From: Pseudomonadota bacterium
GTDB taxonomy: Bacteria > Pseudomonadota > Gammaproteobacteria > GRL18
Length of the DNA: 47,841 bases
Direction: 5' to 3'
Assembly (NCBI GenBank): GCA_045047105.1
Contig: JASFYQ010000048.1
Location: forward strand, 1-47,841
Part shown: positions 20,003 to 31,561 of the stretch, piece by piece
How positions within the stretch are numbered: the stretch's first letter is position 1
Layout of the letters: each line of letters opens with the position of its first letter
Position numbers and translations under genes: made by a program
Notes under the pieces: model-generated
What the model was told of the DNA's origin: nothing
Database searches by the model: none
What the model saw: the letters and a program-made list of their open reading frames with translations, nothing else

Positions 20003-20449
20003 ATGAATATCATTTTATTAGAAAAAATTAATAACTTGGGAGCCTTAGGTGATCAAGTAAGTGTTAAATCGGGTTTTGGTCGTAATTTTTTACTTCCACA
20101 GGGAAAAGCAATTCCTGCTACAGCGGCTAATGTTGAGAGATTCGAATCTCAGCGCGCTGAACTGGAAAAACTTGCAGCTGAGTCGGTACAATCTGCAAAT
20201 GTTAGGGCTGAGCAATTAAATGGCAAAGAAGTTGTTATTGTACGTAAGGCTGGCGAAGAAGGTCGTATGTTTGGTTCAGTAACAAATGCTGATATAGCGG
20301 ATGCAATTACTGCAACTGGTGTAGAGATTGTTAAGCGTGAAATTCGTATGCCTTCTGGTGCAATCAGAGAGCTAGGCGAATATGAAATAACTATTCATCT
20401 ACATTCAGATGTTAATGTAACTGTTACCGTTTTGGTTGAAGCAGAGTAA
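20003..20449 (+). CDS. rplI: 50S ribosomal protein L9
   Basis: [36 protein letters not shown] matches the L9 N-terminus. Start placed at ATG 20003 with a GGAGA RBS; the ORF-track start at 19970 is too early. Confidence 0.9.
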   Translation: MNIILLEKINNLGALGDQVSVKSGFGRNFLLPQGKAIPATAANVERFESQRAELEKLAAESVQSANVRAEQLNGKEVVIVRKAGEEGRMFGSVTNADIADAITATGVEIVKREIRMPSGAIRELGEYEITIHLHSDVNVTVTVLVEAE

Positions 20450-20452
20450 AAT

Positions 20453-20473
20453 CAGAGCCCATTACTCTGATAA
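20453..20473 (+). terminator. Weak hairpin ATCAGAG-cccatta-CTCTGAT after rplI
   Basis: Read from sequence. There is no T-run. Confidence 0.25.
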
Positions 20474-20596
20474 GCTATAGAATAACACCCTGTTAATATA
20501 GCAATAAATCGATACTCCTACAATTCCCTGTAGGAGTATTTTTAGTTAAAATCCCTTTTTATATTTAAATTCCAAATGGGCTTTATAGTTTAAAGC

Positions 20597-20627
20597 TACC
20601 CCTAAATAAATATATTAATCTACCCCT
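20597..20627. promoter_or_regulatory. Two TACCCCT heptamers (NarL/NarP-type TACYYMT) upstream of napF
   Basis: Heptamers at 20597-20603 and 20621-20627. The first has a partial 7-2-7 partner (TACCCCTAAATAAATA). Confidence 0.3.
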
Positions 20628-20642
20628 TTATATAAGGTTAAA

Positions 20643-20656
20643 TTGATATATATCAA
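20643..20656. promoter_or_regulatory. Perfect FNR-type box TTGAT-atat-ATCAA upstream of napF
   Basis: Read from sequence. It is centred about 75 bp upstream of the napF ATG at 20724. nap operons are FNR-activated in enterics. Confidence 0.6.
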
Positions 20657-20723
20657 TGACAACATTTAGCCGCAGGATTAAAGTTTACTTAGTTCAAATA
20701 GATTGTCAAAACAGGTTTTTTTG

Positions 20724-21224
20724 ATGTCCGATATCAGCCGTAGAAGTTTTTTTCAAGCTCGCCTAAATAAAACAAAAACTGTTCGCCCACCATGGGCTGT
20801 TGCAGAAAAACAATTTATTGAACTATGTAACCGTTGTGATGATTGTATTAGCATTTGTCCAGAAAAAATTATTATCAGAGGAGATGGTGGTTTTCCTGAG
20901 ATTAATTTTATAAATAGTGGTTGTGAGTTTTGTGAAGATTGCCTGCATGTTTGTAAAACAAAGGCATTACTACAGATATCAGATAATACTCCAGCATGGT
21001 CCCATAAAGTGAAAATAACTCAGCAATGTTTGCCATTGCAAAATGTTATTTGCCGTATTTGTTTTGAAGCCTGTGATGAAGAAGCTATTCTATTTGAATT
21101 AGTTGCAGGGCAGGTTGCTATACCGCAAATCAATATTGATAACTGTAATGGCTGTGGTTTTTGTGTTGCAATGTGTCCCGTTGATAGCATGGTAATTGAC
21201 TCTGGTGAAGAAAGTAGAGCCTGA
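20724..21224 (+). CDS. napF: Ferredoxin-type protein NapF
   Basis: Multiple CxxCxxC…CP ferredoxin motifs. MSDISRRSFF aligns with the E. coli NapF N-terminus. The alternative TTG at 20703 is used by the ORF track. Confidence 0.8.
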   Translation: MSDISRRSFFQARLNKTKTVRPPWAVAEKQFIELCNRCDDCISICPEKIIIRGDGGFPEINFINSGCEFCEDCLHVCKTKALLQISDNTPAWSHKVKITQQCLPLQNVICRICFEACDEEAILFELVAGQVAIPQINIDNCNGCGFCVAMCPVDSMVIDSGEESRA

Positions 21225-21269
21225 TTTAATACTATTAATTTTTATTAATAAAGTAATAAGAGTAAGTTA

Positions 21270-21524
21270 ATGAATATATGTAGTGTGATTGTTCATTGTA
21301 ATCCGAGTAAAGCGGAATCAGTTAAGGGCAATTTAGAGCAACGTCAAGGAATTGACGTATTTGGGGGTGTTAAAGAAGGTAAAATTATTGTCACAATCGA
21401 AGCTGGCGGTGAACGTTTGTTATCAGAAATAATGGCGGAATTTAACCAAATTCCAGGTGTTATTGATACTGCAATGGTTTACCACCAAGAAGAAAATGAT
21501 GAAGATTTAGATAAACCTATTTAA
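21270..21524 (+). CDS. napD: NapA chaperone NapD
   Basis: 84 aa in the conserved position between napF and napA. It has a NapD-like sequence (…IPGVIDTAMVYHQ…). Confidence 0.7.
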   Translation: MNICSVIVHCNPSKAESVKGNLEQRQGIDVFGGVKEGKIIVTIEAGGERLLSEIMAEFNQIPGVIDTAMVYHQEENDEDLDKPI

Positions 21525-21557
21525 CATTATAGTATTTTTAAAATGGAGAGCGTATAA

Positions 21558-24077
21558 GTGAGTATAACAAGACGTGATTTTATAAAAAACAATGCAGCTG
21601 TTGCTGCAGCTGGTGTTGCAGGGGTAACTTTACCTGTGGCAACAACTGCATTGGCTGCTGAAAAAGATGATGGTATCCGTTGGGATAAGGCTGCCTGTCG
21701 TTTCTGTGGAACAGGTTGTAGTGTTCTAGTTGGTGTAAAAAATGGCAAGATGGTCGCAAATCAAGGCGATCCAGATGCACCAGTAAATAAAGGTCTAAAC
21801 TGTATTAAGGGTTATTTCTTAACCAAAATTATGTATGGTAAAGATCGTTTAACTCAGCCTTTATTGCGTAAAAAAGGCGGAAAATATGATAAAAATGGTG
21901 ACTTTACCCCTGTTTCATGGGATGAAGCATTTGATGTTATGGCTGAAAAATGGAAAGATGCTCTTAAGAAAAAAGGACCTACCGCTATCGGTATGTTTGG
22001 TTCAGGGCAATGGACTGTATGGGAAGGTTATGCCGCATCTAAATTTATTAAAGGTGGACTACGCTCTAATAACTTAGATCCCAATGCCCGTCACTGTATG
22101 GCTTCTGCTGTTGGTGCATTTATGCGTGGTTTTGGTATTGATGAGCCAATGGGTTGTTATGATGATTTAGAACATGCTGATGCTTTTGTGCTTTGGGGTT
22201 CTAATATGGCTGAAATGCATCCTATTTTATGGTCTCGTATTACCGATACTCGTTTAACTAAAAAAGACTGTGAAGTACATGTTTTATCTACCTTTGAGCA
22301 CCGTTCGTTTGAACTTGCCGACAATGGCATGATATTCACACCACAAACTGATTTGGCTATCCTAAACTATATTGCAAATTATATTATCGAAAATAAAGCG
22401 TATAATCAGAAGTTTATCGATAATCACGTAGCATTTAAGAAAACTCCTTTAGATATTGGTTATGGTTTACGTCCAACGCATGAACTGGAGAAGAAAAAAA
22501 CCGGTAAAGGTGGTAAATTATCTGGAATTTCTTTTGAAGAATATGCAAAATCAGTTAAGCCTTATACACTTAAACATACGAGTAAATTATCTGGTGTGCC
22601 AGAGAAAAAACTCTTACGTTTAGCTAAGTTGTATGCCGATCCTAAGAAGAAAATTACTTCGCTTTGGACTATGGGTTTCAACCAGCATACACGTGGTGTA
22701 TGGGCTAACGGTTTGATGTATAACGTGCATTTATTGATGGGTAAAATTTCTGAGCCTGGCAATAGCCCATTCTCTTTAACTGGACAACCTTCTGCTTGTG
22801 GTACTGCTCGTGAAGTAGGAACCTTTTCTCATCGCCTACCTGCTGATTTAGTGGTTAAGAAAAAAGCCCATCGTGATATTGCAGAAAAAATCTGGAAATT
22901 GCCTGAAGGCACTATTAATCCAAAACCAGGTTACCATGCTGTATTACAAAACCGTATGCTTAAAGACGGCAAATTAAATGGTTACTGGGTAATGTGTACC
23001 AATAATATGCAAGCCGCAGCAAACATGAATGAAGAGACTTATCCAGGCTATCGTAATCCTAAGAACTTTATTACTGTATCTGATCCCTATCCAACCGTAT
23101 CAGCTATGGCTGCTGACCTGATTTTACCAACTGCAATGTGGGTCGAAAAAGAAGGTGCGTATGGTAATGCGGAACGCCGTACTCAATTCTGGCGTGAACA
23201 AGTTTCAGCTCCAGGAGAGTCTAAGTCTGATTTGTGGCAGATTATGGAATTTTCAAAACGTTTTAAAATATCAGAAGTTTGGCCAGCAGATTTAATTGCT
23301 AAAAAACCTGAATATAAAGACAAAACGGTTTATGAAGTATTGTATGAAAATGGTGAAGTTAATAAATTCCCTAAACAGGAAATTACTGACGGATCTGGAA
23401 ATAAGTACAATAACCATGAAATGGATGCATTTGGATTCTATGTACAAAAAGGTTTATTTGAAGAATATGCTTCTTTTGGACGTGGACATGCTCATGATTT
23501 AGCTGATTTTGATGCTTATCACAAAACTCGTGGTCTGCGTTGGCCTGTTGTAGATGGTAAAGAAACTTTATGGCGTTTCCGTGAAGGTTATGATCCCTAT
23601 GTTAAAAAGCATAATCCTAAAGCAGGTGATAAGGAAGTTTACTTCTATGGTAAGAAGAAAACAGGTAGAGCAAATATTATTACCGCACCTTATGAGCCAG
23701 CGGCAGAAAGTCCAGATAAAGAGTATGATTTGTGGTTAGCTACAGGGCGTGTTCTTGAGCATTGGCATTCTGGTTCTATGACTCGCCGTGTACCTGAATT
23801 GTACAAAGCAGTTCCTGATGCAGTAGTTTATATGCATAAAAAAGATGCGAAAAAACGTAAATTGCGTCGTGGACAAACGGCTAAATTAGTTACTCGCCGT
23901 GGAGAAATTACCGCACGTGTTGAAACACGTGGACGTAATAAGCCACCAGAAGGTTTGGTGTTTATTCCATGGTTTGATGCAGGACGTCTTGTAAACAAGT
24001 TAACTTTAGATGCAACTGATCCGCTATCTAAAGAAACAGATTACAAAAAATGTGCTGTTAAGATCTCTAAGGCATAA
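21558..24077 (+). CDS. napA: Periplasmic nitrate reductase catalytic subunit NapA
   Basis: Tat signal SITRRDFIK, the [17 protein letters not shown] [4Fe-4S] motif, and a length of 839 aa. GTG start with a GGAGAG RBS. Confidence 0.95.
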   Translation: MSITRRDFIKNNAAVAAAGVAGVTLPVATTALAAEKDDGIRWDKAACRFCGTGCSVLVGVKNGKMVANQGDPDAPVNKGLNCIKGYFLTKIMYGKDRLTQPLLRKKGGKYDKNGDFTPVSWDEAFDVMAEKWKDALKKKGPTAIGMFGSGQWTVWEGYAASKFIKGGLRSNNLDPNARHCMASAVGAFMRGFGIDEPMGCYDDLEHADAFVLWGSNMAEMHPILWSRITDTRLTKKDCEVHVLSTFEHRSFELADNGMIFTPQTDLAILNYIANYIIENKAYNQKFIDNHVAFKKTPLDIGYGLRPTHELEKKKTGKGGKLSGISFEEYAKSVKPYTLKHTSKLSGVPEKKLLRLAKLYADPKKKITSLWTMGFNQHTRGVWANGLMYNVHLLMGKISEPGNSPFSLTGQPSACGTAREVGTFSHRLPADLVVKKKAHRDIAEKIWKLPEGTINPKPGYHAVLQNRMLKDGKLNGYWVMCTNNMQAAANMNEETYPGYRNPKNFITVSDPYPTVSAMAADLILPTAMWVEKEGAYGNAERRTQFWREQVSAPGESKSDLWQIMEFSKRFKISEVWPADLIAKKPEYKDKTVYEVLYENGEVNKFPKQEITDGSGNKYNNHEMDAFGFYVQKGLFEEYASFGRGHAHDLADFDAYHKTRGLRWPVVDGKETLWRFREGYDPYVKKHNPKAGDKEVYFYGKKKTGRANIITAPYEPAAESPDKEYDLWLATGRVLEHWHSGSMTRRVPELYKAVPDAVVYMHKKDAKKRKLRRGQTAKLVTRRGEITARVETRGRNKPPEGLVFIPWFDAGRLVNKLTLDATDPLSKETDYKKCAVKISKA

Positions 24078-24120
24078 GTTTAGTTTTAGTAAATTAAAAT
24101 ATCAGACAGAGTAAATATTA

Positions 24121-25014
24121 GTGCAAAATCAGACTACGCAATCAGGGAATAAACCTACAAGTGCTAAACGCCGCCAGTTTTTAGGGGATACCTTAAAAAC
24201 TGCCTGTGGTATAGGGCTTTTGGGTATGGGGTTGGCGAGTTATTCTCGTTTAGCTTCTTCATTTCCAGCCTGGGCAGTAAGACCGCCCGGGGCTATCAAC
24301 GAAGATGACTTTTCTGGAGCTTGTATTCGATGTGGTTTGTGTGTCCGTGACTGTCCTTTTGATACCTTGAAGCTGGCAGAATTAGGTGAGCAAATTGAAA
24401 CAGGTACACCTTATTTTATTGCCAGAGATGTACCCTGTGAAATGTGTGATGATATTCCTTGCGTATTAGCCTGTCCAAGTAATGCACTGGATCATAAGCT
24501 AACTAATATTGATGACTCCCGAATGGGGCTTGCTGTATTAGTTGATCAAGAGACATGTATTGCTTTTCAGGGCTTACGATGTGAAGTGTGTTTTAATGTT
24601 TGTCCAGTACAGGGCAAGGCTATTACCATTGAAATGCAACACAATCGACGTTCAGGGAAACATGCTAATTTTATCCCGGTTGTTCATTCCGATAGCTGCA
24701 CAGGTTGTGGGAAATGCGAGCAAACATGTATTTTAGAAGATGCTGCGATAAGAATTTTCCCTTCTGCCCTGGCAAAAGGCAAAATGGGAGAACATTATCG
24801 ATTGGGGTGGAAGGAAAAACAAAAACAGGGAGGTAGTCTGGTTACACCAGATATTGAACACCAGTATAATTTACCATCTGGTGTGCAATATAACTACAAT
24901 CAAGGTGGTTTGTCGCTAGATGATAAATCTAGTGATGCCAGTCCATTTTCAGCAAATCCTCTGGATACACTGAAAAACCTTCAAATGCAAGAAACAAAAA
25001 CCGGGAAAAATTAA
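24121..25014 (+). CDS. napG: Ferredoxin-type protein NapG
   Basis: Tat-like RRQFL and four Cys-cluster ferredoxin motifs. Confidence 0.85.
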   Translation: MQNQTTQSGNKPTSAKRRQFLGDTLKTACGIGLLGMGLASYSRLASSFPAWAVRPPGAINEDDFSGACIRCGLCVRDCPFDTLKLAELGEQIETGTPYFIARDVPCEMCDDIPCVLACPSNALDHKLTNIDDSRMGLAVLVDQETCIAFQGLRCEVCFNVCPVQGKAITIEMQHNRRSGKHANFIPVVHSDSCTGCGKCEQTCILEDAAIRIFPSALAKGKMGEHYRLGWKEKQKQGGSLVTPDIEHQYNLPSGVQYNYNQGGLSLDDKSSDASPFSANPLDTLKNLQMQETKTGKN

Positions 25015-25895
25015 TGGAAACATTAAGTCCTGGTGAACAAGCAATTGAAAAAAAAGGCTGGATAAAGGCGCATAAGTGGTTATTACTGAGACGCTTTTCT
25101 CAACTACTCATTTTAGGTTTGTTTTTACTTGGACCTTTGTTTGCGGTTGATATTTTTGATGTTTGGTTAGTATCAGGTAATTTATCATCCAGTGTAATAT
25201 TGGGTGTTATCCCCTTATCTGATCCGTATGTTTTATTACAAGCATCCTTATCGGGGCATACACCGTTTATAAACGGAATAATTGGTGCGGTTATTGTACT
25301 GGCGTTTTATCTTATCGTTGGTGGACGTGTTTATTGTTCCTGGGTTTGTCCTGTTAATATGGTAACCGATGCTTCTGCTTGGTTTAGACGCAAGTTAGGG
25401 CTTAAATCAACTTTCCAGTTTGCGCGCAATACCCGCTACTGGTTATTAGGTTTAACGCTAATTTTACCTGCTATTACTGGCATGCTGGTATGGGAGTTAT
25501 TTAATCCTGTGTCAGTAATGTTTCGAGGCATTGTTTTCGGAATGGGCTGGGGGTGGATGGTGATTTTATCAGTTTTTATTTTTGATTTATTTGTATCAAA
25601 AAGAGGCTGGTGTGGTCATGTTTGTCCAGTAGGTGCTTTTTATAGTTTACTCAATATAAAAAGCCCGGTTAGGGTAAGTGCTACAAATCGAGATGCGTGT
25701 GATGATTGTATGGACTGCTTTGCAGTTTGTCCTGAACCACAGGTAATAAAACCAGCATTAAAAGGGGCTTCAAAGGGGTTGGGGCCAATTATTCTAGAGA
25801 ATAATTGTACTAATTGCGGTCGCTGTATAGATATTTGTGATGAAGATGTTTTTAATTTTACTTTGCTTTACTTGAAACCAAGAACAAAAAAATAA
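25014..25895 (+). CDS. napH: Membrane ferredoxin-type protein NapH
   Basis: Polytopic membrane N-terminal region with C-terminal CxxCxxC motifs. Its start overlaps the napG stop. Confidence 0.85.
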   Translation: METLSPGEQAIEKKGWIKAHKWLLLRRFSQLLILGLFLLGPLFAVDIFDVWLVSGNLSSSVILGVIPLSDPYVLLQASLSGHTPFINGIIGAVIVLAFYLIVGGRVYCSWVCPVNMVTDASAWFRRKLGLKSTFQFARNTRYWLLGLTLILPAITGMLVWELFNPVSVMFRGIVFGMGWGWMVILSVFIFDLFVSKRGWCGHVCPVGAFYSLLNIKSPVRVSATNRDACDDCMDCFAVCPEPQVIKPALKGASKGLGPIILENNCTNCGRCIDICDEDVFNFTLLYLKPRTKK

Positions 25896-25911
25896 TATTT
25901 TGGAGTCTATT

Positions 25912-26340
25912 ATGAAAAGAAGTATGATATTAATGGTCACGGCATTTATGGCTATGGCTTTTTCTATAAGTGCTATTGCAAACGTTGAGTCTTTACGTGG
26001 AAATAGTGCTTTAGATGCAGATGCAAATAAAGTGATGAAACATAGAGTTGAAGTGACTCAGGGGGGGGTTAAACGTAATTTTAAAAAACAACCGCCTGTG
26101 ATCCCACATAAAACTGAAAAATATAGAATTTCATTAAGAAATAATGGCTGTTTAAAGTGCCATAGTGAAAAAGCCTATAAAAAGGAAAAAGCTCCTAGAA
26201 TAGGTGATAGTCACTATATTGATCGCGATGGAAAAGTATTAAAAACTATGTCAAGCCGACGTTATTTTTGTACTCAATGTCACGTAACTCAAGTTAAAGC
26301 TGATGAGTTAGTTGAGAATACCTACGAAAGCGGCAAGTAG
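25912..26340 (+). CDS. napB: Dihaem cytochrome c NapB
   Basis: Signal peptide plus two CxxCH motifs (CLKCH and CTQCH). ATG at 25912 has GGAG 6 nt upstream. Confidence 0.85.
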   Translation: MKRSMILMVTAFMAMAFSISAIANVESLRGNSALDADANKVMKHRVEVTQGGVKRNFKKQPPVIPHKTEKYRISLRNNGCLKCHSEKAYKKEKAPRIGDSHYIDRDGKVLKTMSSRRYFCTQCHVTQVKADELVENTYESGK

Positions 26341-26411
26341 GTTTTAATTTAAAGGTTCTATACTATTTTTGTATAGAGCCTTTTCTGTTAATAAGAATAT
26401 AAGGATATAAT

Positions 26412-26984
26412 ATGTTTAAAAGTACTCTAGCAAAATGGGGAGCAGGGACCATTCTAAGTGTTGGTTTTGTTTCGGGTATCATTTTTTGGGGGGGATTTAA
26501 TACTACCCTGGCACTAACAAATACAGAAGAATTCTGTATTTCATGCCATGAAATGAATGACAATGTTTATCAGGAACTACAAGAAACCATTCACTATAGT
26601 AATAGAACTGGCGTTAGAGCAACTTGTCCTGATTGTCATGTTCCCAAAGAATGGATTTTTAAAATTAAAAGAAAAATTCAAGCATCTAATGAGGTTTACC
26701 ATAAGATTTTAGGGACTATTGATACGCCTGAAAAGTTTGAAGCTAAGCGCTTACAACTTGCTAAAAATGAGTGGGCCAGAATGAAGGCCAATGATTCCAG
26801 AGAGTGTCGCAATTGCCATGATTTTGATTCAATGGATTTTGACAAGCAAGAAAGCCGCAGTGCAGATCGTCACGATGAAGCGATTGAAAATAACTGGACA
26901 TGTATAGATTGTCACCGTGGTATTGCTCATCATTTACCAGAAGGTTATGATCCAGCAGATGATACCCCTTCGTTACCAGAATAA
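26412..26984 (+). CDS. napC: NapC/NirT-family tetrahaem cytochrome c
   Basis: N-terminal membrane anchor and four CxxCH motifs (CISCH, CPDCH, CRNCH and CIDCH). Confidence 0.85.
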   Translation: MFKSTLAKWGAGTILSVGFVSGIIFWGGFNTTLALTNTEEFCISCHEMNDNVYQELQETIHYSNRTGVRATCPDCHVPKEWIFKIKRKIQASNEVYHKILGTIDTPEKFEAKRLQLAKNEWARMKANDSRECRNCHDFDSMDFDKQESRSADRHDEAIENNWTCIDCHRGIAHHLPEGYDPADDTPSLPE

Positions 26985-27042
26985 ATAGATTCTATGAAGC
27001 TTTGATTATTTATTGATTAAACTCATAATTTTATAAGCAAAA

Positions 27043-27069
27043 GGGCGAATTTATTCGCCCTTTTGCTTT
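27043..27069 (+). terminator. Rho-independent terminator after napC
   Basis: GGGCGAA-ttta-TTCGCCC followed by TTTTGCTTT. Confidence 0.55.
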
Positions 27070-27112
27070 ATAATACATCACAAAATACTTACGACTAATA
27101 TAAAGGTAATAT

Positions 27113-27679
27113 ATGAGCATCAAGTCTGATCAATGGATCACTAAAATGGCAAATGAAAATGATATGATCCAGCCATTTGAAGCGACTCAAATTAGAGAAA
27201 AAAATAGTGAAAAAATTATTTCTTATGGCACATCCAGTTATGGATATGATGTCCGCTGTTCTAATGAATTTAAAGTTTTTACCAATATTAACTCCGTTAT
27301 AGTGGATCCAAAAAACTTTGATCAGGGCAGTTTTGTTGACGTACAATCAGATGTTTGTATTATTCCTCCAAATTCATTTGCTCTTGCACGAACCGTTGAA
27401 TACTTTAGAATTCCAAGAGATGTATTAACTATTTGTTTGGGTAAGTCTACCTATGCTCGTTGTGGAATTATTGTTAATGTAACTCCTTTGGAGCCGGAGT
27501 GGGAAGGGCACGTAACTCTGGAATTTTCGAATACCACGCCGCTGCCTGCAAAAATATATGCCTATGAAGGTGTAGCACAAATGTTATTTTTTGAGTCCGA
27601 TGAAACCTGTCTTACCTCATATAAAGACAGAAATGGAAAATACCAGGGCCAGACTGGCGTGGTAACCCCTAGAGCATAA
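27113..27679 (+). CDS. dcd: dCTP deaminase
   Basis: Near-identity to Pseudomonas-type Dcd (MSIKSD.WI…[12 protein letters not shown]…FTNINS.IVDPKNF…[22 protein letters not shown]). Confidence 0.9.
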   Translation: MSIKSDQWITKMANENDMIQPFEATQIREKNSEKIISYGTSSYGYDVRCSNEFKVFTNINSVIVDPKNFDQGSFVDVQSDVCIIPPNSFALARTVEYFRIPRDVLTICLGKSTYARCGIIVNVTPLEPEWEGHVTLEFSNTTPLPAKIYAYEGVAQMLFFESDETCLTSYKDRNGKYQGQTGVVTPRA

Positions 27680-27694
27680 TAGAGAGTATTAATA

Positions 27695-27952
27695 ATGATT
27701 TGTTCAATATACAAGAGTATAAAAAAACTGGGCAGTTATCTTTATCTTCCAAATAAAGATGATTTTTCTATGGTTCCTGAATCCTTACTTAATATTATGG
27801 GAAAGTTAGAGTTTGTTATGATACTTGATATAAAACCGTCAACTTCTCTGGCACAGGCAGATGTTAAAGAAGTGCTAAATGAATTGCAATCAAATGGTTT
27901 TTATTTACAGCTAGCGGATCCAAAATTTCCTTTTTATACACAAACTAAGTAA
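27695..27952 (+). CDS. YcgL-domain protein
   Basis: IYKSIKK…YLYLPNKDDFSMVPESLL…GFYLQL matches the YcgL/DUF709 pattern. Confidence 0.5.
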   Translation: MICSIYKSIKKLGSYLYLPNKDDFSMVPESLLNIMGKLEFVMILDIKPSTSLAQADVKEVLNELQSNGFYLQLADPKFPFYTQTK

Positions 27953-28104
27953 TATCCGATTACTGCTTTATAGTTTATATTCTACAGAAATAAACTATGC
28001 TAAATTTGTATTAATTATTAAAGTTTTTACCCAATTATCCGATGATATAAGAAATGCCACATTTAATATGGAATGAGGTTAGTACATTGTTGGAGAAAAG
28101 TTGT

Positions 28105-28701
28105 ATGGTACGTTTAATTCTAGTAGTAATATTTGGCTTCATTTTATCATCCTGCTCATCACCATCAAAAACTGCGGATAGTGTAGCTGAACTCAGAATA
28201 AATTGTACCCTTGCAAATGATTCTAGCCTGCTGTGTAAACAAAAAAAAATTAATACCCTACAATATGTAGATGTTAAAATGCAGCAAAAATTTACTAATA
28301 AAACAATTGAAGCTGTGGGACATAGTACTCTGAGCGTATATAAAAATTATCCCGTCCCACAACAAAAATTATTAGCTATACGTGGTGCAAAGTTGGATGC
28401 ATTTAGAAACCTTGCTGAAGAAATTCATGGTGTGCGAATCAAGAGTAATACCACAGTAAAAGATATGGTTATTGAAAACGATAGTTATCGAGCCTATGTC
28501 CATGCTATGTTAAGAGGTGCACACTTGGTAACAATAACACCTAAAGCGGGTGGAATATATGAAGCCGAAGTTGCAATAACTATAGTTTCTCAAACTTCAC
28601 AATGTCTCTATTATCCAACAGATAGTTGTTTACATATATCTCCACAGTATAATTATACTCCCCTTTCAAATAGCATAACTCCAATGTACTCGGGATTTTA
28701 A
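28105..28701 (+). CDS. LPP20/FlgP-family outer-membrane lipoprotein (paralog 1)
   Basis: Lipobox LSSC|SS. The core QQKLLAIRGAKLDAFRNLAEEIHGVRIKSNTTVKDMV matches the LPP20 signature (…AlrAArldAyrnLaeqvyGv…). Start placed at MVRLIL (28105). Confidence 0.5.
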   Translation: MVRLILVVIFGFILSSCSSPSKTADSVAELRINCTLANDSSLLCKQKKINTLQYVDVKMQQKFTNKTIEAVGHSTLSVYKNYPVPQQKLLAIRGAKLDAFRNLAEEIHGVRIKSNTTVKDMVIENDSYRAYVHAMLRGAHLVTITPKAGGIYEAEVAITIVSQTSQCLYYPTDSCLHISPQYNYTPLSNSITPMYSGF

Positions 28702-28747
28702 TACAAATTTGTAATAGCAATATTGAAGATTAAGGGATTTCCATATT

Positions 28748-29353
28748 ATGAAATATATTATAATTTTTAGCTTGTTTAGTTTATTTCTTTCGGCATGTGC
28801 TCCTAGACCTTTGATTGTTATGCCAAGACCTGCTGATAAAATTATTTCAGCAATAGGATATAGCACGCTAAGCAGTTTTAAAAACTATCCGTTAGCACAA
28901 CAGAAATTATTAGCCATTCGAGGTGCAAAGCTGGATGCATACCGTAGTTTAGCAGAAGAGCTTGATGGAGTAAGAATTAAAAGTAATACTACAGTTAAAG
29001 ATATGGTAATTGAAAACGATAGTTATAGAGCCTATGTTAATACAGTTATACGTGGGGCGCATCTGGTTGCTATTACACCAAAAGCAGAGGGAGTATATGA
29101 AGCAGAAGTTAGCCTAACTATAACTCCAAAAATTACTGGCTGTCTCTATGTTCATACAACAGCTTGTTCAGATGGAATGTTAATAAAACCAATGCCATCA
29201 AATAAAAGCCAGTTTATACCAAATTATGCTGATGATAATAGTTTTAGTTTCCCTAAGAATTTTATAGCCCCTCTTACAGGAAGCTCATATGATTGTCAGA
29301 AGAACTGTCCATCAACTGGAGTTATAACTCCTAGTGTTTATTACGCCTATTAA
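28748..29353 (+). CDS. LPP20/FlgP-family lipoprotein (paralog 2)
   Basis: Lipobox LSAC|A. The core is about 80% identical to paralog 1 at both the amino-acid and nucleotide level, followed by a divergent Cys-containing C-terminal tail. Confidence 0.5.
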   Translation: MKYIIIFSLFSLFLSACAPRPLIVMPRPADKIISAIGYSTLSSFKNYPLAQQKLLAIRGAKLDAYRSLAEELDGVRIKSNTTVKDMVIENDSYRAYVNTVIRGAHLVAITPKAEGVYEAEVSLTITPKITGCLYVHTTACSDGMLIKPMPSNKSQFIPNYADDNSFSFPKNFIAPLTGSSYDCQKNCPSTGVITPSVYYAY

Positions 29354-29359
29354 TAGAGT

Positions 29360-30445
29360 TCATTTTTTCTGCCCTATGGCCCATTGGATATGCTCTATTA
29401 ATATAGCTTCACTTTCGTATAGTTTTAATGCTTTATTCATAGCTTCTACAATTTGAGTATCTTCCGTATCCTGCGCTAAATAATTTCCCAGTGCAATAGC
29501 TATATTACGTAACCAGCATAGGTGACCAATTCTGCGAATAGGACTGCCCTGAAAATTATCTAAAAACTTCTTTTTGCTCCAGCTGAACAGTTCTAATAAG
29601 GTAATTTTATCTAATTTATGGCGTGGATAAAAATCTACCTCATTGGTTAGTGAAGAGAATTTATTCCATGGGCAAACCAGTTGGCAGTCATCACAACCAT
29701 AAATGCGATTTCCCATAGCCTTGCGATATTCTATAGGAATTGTTGTTCTGTTTTCAATGGTTAAATAAGAGATGCATTTTCTTGCATCAACTACATAGGG
29801 TTTAACTATTGCCTGGGTAGGGCAGGCAATAATGCATTGCTCACAACTACCACAATGACCATTAATGGCAATGGATTGATCAATTGGTAAGGGTAAGTTA
29901 GTATAAATTTCTGCTAAAAAAAACCATGAACCTGCCTGGCTATTGATTAAATTGCTATGTTTTCCTATCCAGCCCAGCCCAGCTTTTTCAGCAATAGATT
30001 TCTCAAGAATTGGAGCACTGTCGGTAAATACGCGATATTGATAATCCTGATTATTATTAATGTTTTCATTAATTCTACTCACCAGTTTTTTTAATCGCTG
30101 ACGGATGAGTTTATGGTAGTCTCGTCCTAGTGCATAGCGAGAGATATAACCTGTATCAGCTTGTGATAATACTTGTTCGGCATGGGAAAAATCTTCTGGG
30201 TAATAGTTCATCCGTAATGAAATAATTCGTGCCGTGCCTGGTTCAAGTAGTTCGGGACGAGTACGCTTTAAACCATGACGGGACATATACTCCATATCAC
30301 CATGCATATTATTATCCAGCCAAATTTGGAATTTTTTTTCTGCCAGGTGTAGATTGGTATCAGTAATGGCCGCTTGTTGAAAGCCAAATTCATTGGCCCA
30401 TTGTTTAATTTGCTCTGCCAGTTTACTGAATGAGCTAGTTGGCAT
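29360..30445 (-). CDS. queG: Epoxyqueuosine reductase
   Basis: [12 protein letters not shown] and [13 protein letters not shown] iron-sulfur motifs, plus overall QueG similarity. Confidence 0.85.
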   Translation of the reverse strand: MPTSSFSKLAEQIKQWANEFGFQQAAITDTNLHLAEKKFQIWLDNNMHGDMEYMSRHGLKRTRPELLEPGTARIISLRMNYYPEDFSHAEQVLSQADTGYISRYALGRDYHKLIRQRLKKLVSRINENINNNQDYQYRVFTDSAPILEKSIAEKAGLGWIGKHSNLINSQAGSWFFLAEIYTNLPLPIDQSIAINGHCGSCEQCIIACPTQAIVKPYVVDARKCISYLTIENRTTIPIEYRKAMGNRIYGCDDCQLVCPWNKFSSLTNEVDFYPRHKLDKITLLELFSWSKKKFLDNFQGSPIRRIGHLCWLRNIAIALGNYLAQDTEDTQIVEAMNKALKLYESEAILIEHIQWAIGQKK

Positions 30446-31538
30446 GTTCTATAATTCCACCGCCCAGACAAATCATTTGCTGATAAAAAACAACAGATTG
30501 TCCGGGGGTAATGGCAAATTGAGATTGACTAAAACTAACCTGACAAATGCCATCTTCTATTGATTGAATAATGCATTGCTGATCTTGTTGGCGATATCGT
30601 GTTTTAGCTGTGCAGGTAAAAGGAGTTTTGGGAGCATTGCCACTCACCCAATGTAATTGGCTGGCTGATAAATGCTGCTGGTACAATAATGGATTATTTT
30701 TACCTTGAACAACAATTAATTGATTTTTTTCTAAGTTTTTTTCTGCTGCAAACCATGGCTCACCAGTGGAGTTTTTAGAACCACCAATACCTAAACCCTT
30801 GCGTTGCCCTAAGGTATGGTAGATTAACCCCTGGTGTTTACCAACAATTTCGCCCTTATCTGAAATAATATCTCCTGGTTTAGATTTAAGAAATCGACCT
30901 AAAAATTTATTAAAATTTCTTTCTCCTATAAAACAAATTCCAGTAGAATCTTTTTTATCATAAACATCCAGATGGTTTTGCTCTGCTAATTTTCTAACTT
31001 CTATTTTATCTAACTCTCCTAATGGAAATAAAACTTTAGCTAGCTGATCTTGTCCCAGAGTGTATAAAAAATAACTCTGATCTTTGCTTATATCTTTGCC
31101 TTTAAGTAAAAAATACTCTCCCTGTTGTTCATCAACCTGAGCATAATGCCCTGTAGCAATTTTATCTGCTCCAAATGCCCCGCCTTTATCTGATAATGCA
31201 AAATCTAAAAATACCTTAAATTTAATTTCTTTATTACATAAGATATCAGGATTGGGAGTATGACCCTGTTTATATGTGGCCAGAAAAAATTTAAATACCT
31301 TATCCCAATATTCTGCTGCAAAATTTACTGCTTTTAGAGGGAACTTTAATTTAGCTGCTACGGTTTGTGCATCGGCATAATCCTCTTCAGCAGGGCAATA
31401 ATTTGTTGCATCATCTTCATTCCAATTTTTCATAAAAATAGCAGATACATCATAGCCCTGTTGTTGTAATAACAGGGCAGTAACGGCTGAATCTACACCA
31501 CCAGAAAGACCTACGGTAACTTTTTTATCTTTGTTCAT
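30435..31538 (-). CDS. mnmA: tRNA-specific 2-thiouridylase
   Basis: PP-loop motif [11 protein letters not shown] and overall MnmA similarity. Its 3' end overlaps the queG start by 11 nt. Confidence 0.9.
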   Translation of the reverse strand: MNKDKKVTVGLSGGVDSAVTALLLQQQGYDVSAIFMKNWNEDDATNYCPAEEDYADAQTVAAKLKFPLKAVNFAAEYWDKVFKFFLATYKQGHTPNPDILCNKEIKFKVFLDFALSDKGGAFGADKIATGHYAQVDEQQGEYFLLKGKDISKDQSYFLYTLGQDQLAKVLFPLGELDKIEVRKLAEQNHLDVYDKKDSTGICFIGERNFNKFLGRFLKSKPGDIISDKGEIVGKHQGLIYHTLGQRKGLGIGGSKNSTGEPWFAAEKNLEKNQLIVVQGKNNPLLYQQHLSASQLHWVSGNAPKTPFTCTAKTRYRQQDQQCIIQSIEDGICQVSFSQSQFAITPGQSVVFYQQMICLGGGIIEHAN

Positions 31539-31561
31539 GTGCTTATTTTGTTTTATAAAAT

